Of a stretch of DNA of 33,229 nucleotides, positions 1 through 11,400 are shown piece by piece. The notes beneath the pieces are model-generated. The model did not search any database, was not told the origin of the DNA, and saw only the letters and a list, made by a program, of their open reading frames with translations. The stretch lies in NCBI GenBank assembly GCA_001642005.1, contig LWCA01000301.1, forward strand, positions 1-33,229, given 5' to 3'. Position numbers and translations under genes: made by a program. Numbering within the stretch: position 1 is the first letter of the stretch; the number at the start of each line of letters is the position of its first letter. The stretch is from Intoshia linei. Its lineage: Eukaryota > Animalia > Orthonectida.

Positions 1-1289
1 ATCTAATTAATAAATACATATAGAATACACAATTTTTGATAAAGATGTCTAAAGATAAAATATTTAAATGCGCGGGAAAAGTGAGTTATGGATTATATGA
101 TAAAGGAAGGGCATAGCCAGTCGAAAATTGCAATAACATTAGCAAGAAGTAGTAAGTGCATACAAACGTATCTCAATAATTGTTCGTCAAAAAAATTAAA
201 TAATAAAAATGGACGCCCAAAGACATTAAGTCCATCTGATAGACGACTTTTAATGCGAGTAGTGTCTAATTCTCGTCTTAGTTCTAGTTCAATAAAATCA
301 AATTGTTCTTTTAATGACATTTCCACTCGAATGATACAACGAGCATTATGTTCCTCACCGAACATTCAACGAAGAGTACTGATAAAATGCCCAAACCTTA
401 CAAAACTCCACATAGAAAAAAGGATACATTGCTCGTACCAATATGTCCATTAATTGGAATCATATATGTTTTTCCGATGAAAACGTTTTAACCCGGACGG
501 ACCATATAGTTATTCCTACTATTTCCACGATATTAGGAAAAAGCAATTATCCTTATTAAAACGATAATGTGGAGAAAACAGTGTAATGGTTTGGGGAGTA
601 TTTGGAAAAATATTTAAAACTAAATTATGTTTTACACAAGTAAAATTAAACTCTGAAAAATATATAACAATACTAAATGAATTCTTACTTCCTTGTAAAA
701 CGAATTCTAAAAAATTCCAACAAGACAATGCACCTATACACGCGTATAAAATGACTAAAGAAAGGTTAAATCGTAAAAATATTAATGTTCTTCCGTGGCC
801 ACTATGCTCACCGGATCTAAACCCAATAGAAAATATATGGGGAATGATGACTGGGATTGTATATAAAGATGGAAAACAATATAAATGTTTAAAAGATCTG
901 AGATCAGCCATAGAGAGAGCTTGGAATTTAATTGACCAACCCAAGGTTAACACCTTAATTGAAAGTATGCCTTATAGAATTTTTGAAGTTATTACAAATA
1001 AAGGTGGAAGAACTCATTATTAAAGTTATAAAATTATGTTTTAAATAAATTATTGTACCTATTTTGCTGTAAATTAGAAAGCGTTAGAGCACTTTTGTCG
1101 CATATTTTTTTCGACTTTTTTTCTTCATTCTCAAATTATAAAAAAAGTATACATAATTACACAATTTAAAATCGGGGCAATAACTGATATACCATATTGT
1201 TTTAGTATTGAAAAAAATTAGATTATAATTCCTTTTAGTTTTCCTTATATTTCAATATAATACAAGTGCTCTAAGGTTTTGTCAGGGTG
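1..1289 (+). mobile_element. Tc1/mariner superfamily, Tc3-like (DD34E) DNA transposon, left end outside window
   Basis: Contains a transposase remnant (next feature). The right end reads ...GGTTTTGTCAGGGTG (1289) followed by TA (1290-1291), i.e. a CAC-starting TIR on the minus strand with a TA target site. The left TIR is not in the window, so this boundary is inferred. Confidence 0.8.
45..1023 (+). pseudogene. Disrupted Tc3-like transposase
   Basis: ORFs 88-453 (HTH region, GRPKTLS) and 586-1023 (VMVWG, FQQDNAPIH, WPLCSPDLNPIENIW) are joined by a frameshifted FSDE/KRFNPDGP motif near 470-500. D-to-E spacing is 34 residues. There are in-frame stops at 82-84 and about 565, plus frameshifts. 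Confidence 0.92.
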
Positions 1290-1708
1290 TATACTCATCA
1301 CCAATCAAGCACAGTTACGTAATTTCAAAATAAAAAATTTTTGGAGAATGTTTATACATTACTTTATTATATTTCAACATTCACTATTAGGATACATAAG
1401 TAAATACCATGGTGGAGGATCCCAAATATTAAGTACCCCTAAATACAGATGATGATACCTATTTCAATTTACTGTATACCATAAGCATTAGGATGTTATT
1501 TTTTCTAAAAATTCTCTTGTAGAATGTGCGATGCACAAATTTCATTAACAAATAATGCATACTATGCATTTAAATTATTCATAAATGTTGTTGTAACTAA
1601 CATTTAGGACATTAAATTTTTAATAAGTGTTGTATAATATAGTAATAATTGTATTTTTAACGTTGTACATTTGGTTAAAATATTTATCCTGATAATAAAT
1701 ATAACTAC

Positions 1709-2413
1709 CTTTGCTGTTATGCGCCGTAGCAATAGAATTCAGTTCGACAGCAAGATTTTCGCAGTAATCAGCAGCCACTATAATATCATTAGATCTTTCT
1801 TTCTCTTTTATGGCCAATGCCCGATACTTAGTGGATAAATGTATAGCAATTTCGATTGGAACTTGAGACGACATTACAAATTCTTCTATAGACCTCTGAT
1901 TATTAATTTTACCCATCAACATTAAATTAAAAGCCATTTCATTGTCTTGGATTAAATGCTCAGTATCCAAATTTTGTTGTAACAGAATACTCAATATTTG
2001 CGCATGGCCGTATTCTGTTGCGAATGTTATTGCTGTGTGCCCATCGAATGTTTCTTCGTTTACATTTGCTCCAGTGTCAATTAACTGTTTGACCATGTCT
2101 ATATGGCCAAATTTACATGCATAATGCAACATTGTCATGCCAGTTTTATCTTTAGCGTCAATTTCGGCTCCTTGCCCCAACAACAAAGAAATCATTTGGT
2201 GGTGACCATGCGATGCTGCGTGATGTATACCGCTGCGACCTTTTCGGTCACAAATAACCATTTGCTCTGTTGACTTACTCAGAATCAACGAAACTACTGA
2301 TAAATTTCCAGCTCGAGTTGCCAAATGAAATGGTGTGAATGAATTTATTGCAGTTTTTGTGTCTACAGTTACAGCAGGATGGTTTAATAACAATCTAACT
2401 ATTCCCTCGTGAC
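1709..2413 (-). CDS. nompC: TRPN exon 21 (705 nt): last ankyrin repeats and linker helices
   Basis: Corresponds to ORF 1620..2393. The acceptor AG is at 2415-2414 (phase 1, G-H-E-G-I-V-R-L-L-L-N). The probable donor is AAAG/GTAGTT at 1708-1707. Confidence 0.88.
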
Positions 2414-5400
2414 CTAAGTTGATATTAATATATGTATTATAATTGGCTAAACGCTAAGAGTTAATTTCATCAATTAATAATAATGTTAATAAAAACTAAT
2501 CAGAAATTAATTAATATTGAAAATTAACAGATAAATTAGAAATGAATGCCACTTCTCACTGTAGTATTTTGGCCACTCCTGAATCATAAGTTTTAATTCA
2601 TAACATAGAACATGGAAGTAAATACCAGACATAGCTGCCAAATGAAGTGGAGTATAAGCATACTATAATATAGTATAATTCACATAAATTCCATATAAAA
2701 TTTACATCTTCATCGTTTGATGCCAGACCCGCAGCAGGTAGCTGAGTGGTGGATGTGGGCGAAATGGTTTGTAGCATTTCACGAACAAATTCAATCTGAC
2801 CTAAAATGAATAGTTTCAAATAATATTCAAATCCCTGATAAATAAATACACATACCATTTGTTGCAGCAACATGAAGAACAGCATACCCGGTTTTGGTAC
2901 TGGTAACTTCAAAATCAATTGACTTTTTGAAAACGCGCAAAATATGGACATGACCACATTTAGCAGCCAAATGTAAAGGCGTCATACCCTCCTATATACA
3001 ATTTATTTTGAATTATAATAATAGTGTACATTGTACAATAGGGTGTCCACTTTTTTTATTAGATAAACCCATTTGCATATATTAACCAATTTTATTTTTT
3101 TTTGTGATAAATGGCAAAAATCAAAAAAGGCATCCACATGCAAAATGGATTTTCCCATAAAAAAAACATTAAAAGTAAACACCATATCGTACAATTATAT
3201 GAATTGCAAATTAAATATAATAAAATTACGCTATCCTCGTCAGTAGGCTCCGTTCCTACATTTAATAACGCATTAACTACAGATCTGTGTCCCTTGGCTG
3301 CAGCTAAGTGCAATACAGTCGATCTATGATTCTAAATTAAAATTTTAAAATTTCTATTTCAATGAACAGGGTTGTGTGTTACTCAACTTAAAATATGTAT
3401 GGGTCACATTTTTCATCAATTTGGTTCTATAGTAAGTAAATTTTTTTCGACCATAATCTATGCTATTATATTTTGAATTTAGAATACTGCATAACCCAGA
3501 CGTTTTGACAGGCCCATATATTTATCTACATTGTACAATGAATAAAAGTATCTTATAAAATACATGATTTGTTTGATAAGATTTGAAAAGTATGTAATCT
3601 AATCCATATTTTATAAAACATGATTACTTTATTTCTTGTAGAAATAACCATATTTTTGTTAAATTTCAATAAATCCTTTATTACAGCCATGTTTCCTTTT
3701 TCAGCTGCTAAATGGGCCGCAGTCATACCATTCTATATTGATAATTTTAATTTTCGTTCCATTTAATACTTTACCTCGTCCTAAATGTAGTATTTATGAT
3801 TTATTATTTTATATTACATTTTAATAATACCACTGAACATCACTCAAAAAATTTTCTCACGAAAAAAATATAATCAATGCCATCATTTTTTTTTCCAGCG
3901 GGAAGGTTTGAAAAAGAAAATCAGAAAATTTACTTGAAACTATTGTACTGTACATTGTACAGTTTATGATTTTAAATCTTACTGGCATAATCATGAGAGT
4001 TTTATCGTTGGAGGACCTAAGAAATAGTTTTACTACATTTGCATGATCGTTTTCAGCGGCTAAATGTAAAGGAGTTTTCAGATTCTAAAAAAATATAATG
4101 ACGAATACAATATTAAATTTAATATTTTATATTTTTAAACTATCAATAATGATTAATCATACCACATCGGTTGCAGTAATGTCTGCATGCATTTTTTGTA
4201 AATTTCTGCAAACCTAAATTTGTTTATTGCAATTAGTGGCGTATTGAAATATGAAATATGAAAAAATTGTTCATCAAAATTTAAGTGTTAATTAAAATCA
4301 GTGTGATTTAAAAATTAGAAAAATTAATGTGAAATAAAAGATCATCATTTATTACAACATTTCATTTTTTTCTGTACGTTCATTTAGTAAACGTTCCTAA
4401 CTAAGGTTAAATTTATTTTACGATGCTTTTAATTAAAAGAATAATAACATTACATCGACCATTCCATTTGCTGCAGCTAGATGTAAAGGTGTCTTTTTTG
4501 CCTAATCGAGTCAAATTTTATTAATTAATTTTAAAACAAAAAACCAAAGTTAAACAATCAATCGTGGCTGAATACTTTTTGATCAGCAGTGTGACTAGAT
4601 TATTATAGCCATTGTGCGCGGCAAGATGAAGTGGAGTAATTCCAAGTTTTGATTTTGCATTAACAAATGCTTTATTATTCAATAAAATTTCAGCGACCTT
4701 TTCATGTCCGTTTTCGCATGTTAAATGCAAAGCAGCCTTACCGTGCTATTTAAATGTAATTAAAACCAATATTAAAAAAATATAGTAATTATATTATTAC
4801 TTCATCAAATACGTCAACTCTGGCTTGATGGTCTATCAGAATTTGAACTATATTGTAATGGCCATTTTCTGATGCGTATAGTAGAGCTGACCAATCATTC
4901 TAATGAATATCAATAATGAAAAATTGATTCGGAAATAATAACCTTGGATTGTTTGTTCAATTCCATTTGTAAATCAGATTTTCTGACTGATTTGATAAGT
5001 TCTAGGCATATATCTTCGTTTCCGGATCGACAACAATAATGTAATGGTGTTTCTAATGTCTAAAATTACGATTTTACATTATGTATGTAACATAAATTTA
5101 AATATATATTTCATAGGGCAGTTGGTCTGAATTTAATGGCACTGGTAACAGTAATGTAGTCACGATATGGGTGCTATTTTCAGATCACGATAAAATTTTT
5201 ACAAATTTTTTACAAATGATAGCGATATATCACTACACAGCTTATTCCAGTTCATATAAATACAAAATTTCAACCCCAGAAGCCTACAAATTCCCGGTGA
5301 AAAATAATTTTTAATATGTTATCAACCAATATTTTTCAAATGTTGCATTAAAAGTGAAAATGTAAATAATCATCTTACCATTTCAAAAAAAAATGTGCAT

Positions 5401-8400
5401 TGAACGTCTGCACATTTCCAATAAACTTTATTGGAGATCAGAGATATGGGTTTTAATTAGATAAAATTTTATTATTGAATTAATGCTTTTGGTAGAATTA
5501 AAAAAGTTCGCCCTCGGCAAAGCTAGGATGCTGTTTGTACGAAGTACAAAACAGTCAAGCCAGTACTTTATATAAGTAAGGATATACCAACGAGGATCGG
5601 GCACCTATATCAGCTTTGTATTGTAGTAGGTATTTTAAAATATCTGTATCTTCAACTTCGACATGAGCTTGACTAGTTTTTAATTCAGCGGCATAATGCA
5701 AAGCAGTTTCACCTTCCTAAATATTAACAATAATATGTATTTATACATCCAGCTTTAGGCAATACAATTATAGTAGATTCCAGGTTGAGACATCATACAC
5801 CGTAAAAATAATTATTTAAATTATATTGAAACACCACTGTGTAATCTTTAGTAAAAGTATTTAGTACGCAGGGGTGACACATTATAAATAAAACTTTTAA
5901 TAGTTTTTAATGATATATATTAAAAGTAATAATTTTTAAAAGTTTTTTTTAGAGTAGGTTTGATATATTCATGAATAATCAATTTAATTATAGTAGTAAT
6001 TTAAAAAAATACATATTTGAGTTGCGTACACCATTTTAACAGTCTCATACAAAAATATTAATGAAAAATTTAAACTAAACATTAATTTAATAAGTTTAAG
6101 TTGTATAAGTCTATTAATTAAATCGTCAATTATATAACACATTTTCAACGGTTTTTCGCTGTGGACCCAAAAATATGATATATAGAATACAATTTAATGT
6201 GTGTTTTACCGTTTATTTAAAAAATTAACAGTTCTAGAATTTAAAAAACCCCTATTAATAATACTGATTTTCAAGAATAATGTATTATCGAAATATCATT
6301 TTCCTAAATTTAGTCCTTCATGGTCAATATCCCAATTTCACCTTTTTTTAAAAATAAATTAGCTTAAAATTTAAAAAAATATATATTCTAGAATGCAGTT
6401 GAAATTCATACCATTTTCATAACTATCAGCCTCAGAAAATTACATCTTCAAAGTAAAAACCCCGAATTACCTTTTTATTTTAAATTAAAAAATTAATTAA
6501 ATTTAAATAAAATTATTACAATTATAAGAAAATAACATAAGGAAAATATACAATTCTTAGTAAAATTAAATGAAAATGTTAAATAATTTTACGTTTCTCA
6601 CCTTTTGGATACAAAAAAATGCAAATGTGAATATAAACACTTCATTATTGTACAATAATAATATAATCCCTGTATTATAAGGTAATGTATTATTACATTA
6701 TTAGCCATTTGAATCAAGTTCATTGCATCCATTCGAGATTTCGATGGGACTACGTGACCTATTATTTCTTTTAAAACGGCTAGATGGCAATGTCTCACAG
6801 CTATATGAATGCATGTTTCTCCACACTAAAATAAAAATCATTACGATAAAATTAATATAATTAGTGTATTATCATATTTATTCATGATCTACTTTAATAG
6901 CATTAATATTCTAATGTCATAATTATTGATACAAAATTGATGTTTTTTAATTATCAAAAGCAGATACTGAATATAGATTACCGTCACATTAAAAAAAAAT
7001 AAAATAAAAAACGCACAAATACATTTAAATATATTTTAAAAAAGAATTACATGCTGATATAAGTTAAATAAAAAATAAATATATTACGTTAGATTTATGC
7101 ATAGGATTTGCGCCTTCGGTGAGAAGCATCTATATTGTTAAATTTTATAATAATTTAATATGGATCATTTCCAAATTTTGTACATTTTGTATAATAACAT
7201 ACTATTCAAAAGGTTTAGGCATTTGTTGATAAAATCACGAATTTTAACAGTAATATAAATTTTTCAGTGGTAAGGGCGCTCAATCAACATTTTATGGTAG
7301 ATTAACCAACTCATGAACCGGTATGGGTCGATTTAATAACTAAAGTTCAAAGTTGAATTTAGTCACACTTGATGTAATTTTTTTATTTAATTTTTATAGA
7401 TAATAAAGTGATTTATGTTTAAGATTTTATACTGCAGTCATATATCAAAATGTATCATTATATACCTTGATGACGTTAAGTGATCCTTGTCTACATGCTA
7501 CTTGTAATGCTGTTTCTCCGTTCTATGAAATTGCAAATTTAAAAAAAATTTTTACAATCATCTATATAAGTGTTTCTAACTATTTTAGATTGGGAGTACA
7601 TAAAAATAATTGAAAAAATAATAAAATAGTAAAAATTATATATCTGTTATACACTGACTGAATATCTCCACTTTTCTATAAAATTTTGCAAGAAAATCTG
7701 CAAAGAAAAAAAAGATAAAAAGTTGTTTCAAGTATAAAAATAAAAAATCTGATCTAGCTGGCAATAAGTGCAATTGTACAGAGAATTGGTTACTAGTGAT
7801 TGTTATTTTCCGGGAAATGACAAAAGTCGAGCACTATGAAATTAAAAATTAAATTTCTCGGAAAAAATAAAAAATTTTTATTCATACATAATATTAAGCA
7901 TTAAAAATTTTAGAGACCTTAATTAATTTTATAAACAAAAAGAAATTTAATTAATGAAATAAAACGAATCTAGATATAAATTTACAAATTTACTAAAAAA
8001 TTAAATTGTTAATTAGAAAAAAATTTATTAATTTTAGATTGTTGAAAAAGTGTTAAAAAACACACATAATATTGATAGATTCGTCTTTTAAACGCGTTTT
8101 ACGTGTTGTAACGAAATTAGAAGCAGTAGAGAAATTTCTTTCATTTTGTGTTGACGTAAGTTGAACGGACATAAGGGCTTCCTTTAATTTTAACAATCTT
8201 GATAATAGCGTTCCAGTTCGTAACAACTCATAATATTTTTCAAAATATTATTTCATAATAATATTCAAAGTAATAAATAACATAAATCAAATACAAGTAT
8301 GTCTCAATTTTTTTTCGGGAAATCCCGGGAAATCGTAAAAATCCCGAGAATTTTGTCTCGGTTTTTTTATTGTCACAATCACTATTGGTTCCCAAACTGT

Positions 8401-11400
8401 GGTAATTTTAAAGTGTTGAAATTTTATTGTAAATTTTTGTTAAATGAAGGAAAATAATGAAATCAAAATGTTATTGTTGTAATTGTAAGACAGTAGTTTG
8501 TTCGTGTAAAATGTAAAAAATCATATTAAGTATATGTAGTACATATTATGTATTATCTACAACATGGTCCTAATAACGATGCGATCTAAAACTATGGATC
8601 CGAACATAAAGTTAAAAAAACCAGCGACTCATATACATAATGCCATGTATATGTAAATAGATAAAATATACAATATTACTGTAAACAGCTAAAAAATGGA
8701 ACAAAACTTTTTCCTTTATATTATAGACCGATTTTTCGTGGATCCTCATGTGATAAACACTATTATGTAGTTTTTACGATGATATTGATTACAATTTTAG
8801 TGGCATTAACATTAGCTCCACTTTTGAGCAGCATTTCAGTGCATTGTTCGCCATTGTCTATGCGTGCTGAAATGTGTAACGGTGTTTCTTTATTCTAAAA
8901 AGTATTATTTATGTTATAATTTATAACTTATAAACCATAAATAATACAATATATTACCTCTCCTCCCTTAATTTCTACTTTAGCTCCATATCCAAGTAGC
9001 ATCTCTACAACCAAAGGCTGACTATTTTCTACAGCCAAATGTAACGCAGTGTAATCATTCTTAAAATATTAATTATTGTATATGAATTTTATTTGTTTAC
9101 TTAAAGACACATTGGCCTTAAAAAATGTTTCTCAACCTTAAAACTTACTTTTCTAATTTTCATATATCGAACTTAGTGCTTGCTCTAGAGAATTTAATAT
9201 CTCCAGAAATTTAAAAATTCTTAAATTTAATATTATATTTGTAAATAATCACAAATGTAGTTTGTTATATGAAGGAAAATAAAATCTTCACTTCTCAGAA
9301 TAATCATTTTTAATCGACGGTATTAAATTTAAGCGTGTAAAAATTAAATAATTTCAGTTATTACCATAAAAAAGTTTTATTACATTTTACGATAATTGAA
9401 TTCAATTGTATGACTTAATTTATTAATTTGGTATTAGATGGTTTCTCTATATAGATAACCGCTATGTTCTACAAAAATTGATAGGAATATTTTAAGTGAG
9501 AAAACGAAAAGACAAAATGGTCTATTTGAAGTACAATGATGAATTATAGAAATTATTCTACAACTGGTTTACATTGTAACTTAACATGCGTACATTTTAT
9601 GATCAAATCATTAAGTGAACCTGTAAATAAAAAAATATTACAAACCCAATATCCCAATATACAGTGTATTTAAAAAAATGATGACAGACACGAAAAGGTT
9701 GAAGTCATAATTGATTCGTACGATGGACTAACCATAAACCAAGTTACCCGATCAAATTTTATTTGAAAAAATTTAAAACCAATAGGCTTGCCTATATCTC
9801 AAAACTGTGTCATTAATTTTGTAAATAGTTACTTTGAACAAATTACAAGACAAATAATTGAAAAGATTTCTAAGATAAAATGTAATGGCGGAAAATATCA
9901 ATTGATGAGTAGACCAGTTTTAAAAAATGAAAAATATTTGAATGTACACTTTTACACTCTCAAAAATGACTTTAATCTTTGACTTATTCCTATATATTGA
10001 AGTTGTGATGATACAAAATATTAAATAAATCGCATTTTTATTCTACTTTGGGTGTTTCATTTAAGATTTGAAAGTTAACAACCAATTAATACCAGATTGT
10101 AATCCTTCATTATTTCAAAAATATTAAAAATTTTTATTGTATTATTAACAGTATAGTTAATTTTTTTTCGAGAATTCTCGAGAAATTGCAATCTCTAATC
10201 GCATCTATTAGTAAAAACAACGTGACATAAATTTAATGATAAAATCAAAATCCACCTATTTCAATAGTATTGACTTTTTTTTATTTTTCAAATTTTGCGT
10301 CATCCAGGGATAATCTTTTATCCCGAGATAATACGTAATCCATGCTGAGAACCATTGATCATATCAATAATGGAATAATACCTTAGTTACTGCATCAGGA
10401 TGTGAGCCTTTATCTAACAGCATTTTCACCACTTTAGTGTGTCCTATAACTGCCGCAGCATGTAAACATAATGTTCCATTCTAGTAATAATATCAAGTAA
10501 TTGAGTGTATTAGTATATAAGTGTATTAATAAATTTCTCATACCACTCTTTCGACAATATATCCTTCACTTACCATTGTATATATAACTAATAATTAATT
10601 GAACGCGTTTAGCGCATTAAACTAGTATTATTAATAATAACGTAATAAAAATTTAGTTCTTTTTGATAGTTTTATTAAAAAATCATTTTAATGACTTATT
10701 AAATTAGTTAATAAATCTATGTAAATTAAGGGAATTTTCAATACTTCTAAAGTTAAATGGTCATAAAAAGTTTATATGACCTACCTCGCCTATGTATATA
10801 TACTATATTTATATATCGGAATTAAATTAAAAAAATTATTACCATATTTGGCATGTGCAGTGGGACGCCCTTTTTCATAAAAACTAATGCAGTTTCAGGA
10901 TGACCACTAATAGACGCAACATGTATAAGAGTACTCCCATCCTTAGTTCTAGCCATAATATTAGCTTTAAGTTTATCTACCAGTTCTCCAATAACCTTAC
11001 TTTGCCCTGCCTCCGCAGCAATATGTAACGCAGTGCGATCCAAATGATCAACAATATTAGGATTGATTTTAGCTAAATGAAGATATCTAATGATGGGTAA
11101 ATTTCCATGTTTCGCGGCAATGTGTAAACACGTCTGTCCATTTCTATTTTGTATGTTAACTGAAGAAACGTAATCAACAAATAATTTAACCAATTCAGTA
11201 TGATCATTTTCACATGCTACATGAAAAACTGAGTCTAGCGTATTACTTTTAATAATTGAAATTTGCTCACTCGCTTTTTGATTTAATAATTCTCGGCACA
11301 CGTAAATATTTTTGCTAACGGTGGCTATAAATAAGGGTGATTCTCCTTCAATATCGACAGCTAAACGAGAGTTTGGTTCCATAGCTTTAAGTAGTATTTG

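Noticed and set aside
93-953. Minus-strand ORFs 93-365 and 519-953
   Set aside because: Antisense shadows of the Tc3-like transposase.
2598-2957. 119-aa ORF as a standalone protein
   Set aside because: Only the middle (GQIEFVREML...DED) is a real exon frame; the rest is intron or off-frame exon.
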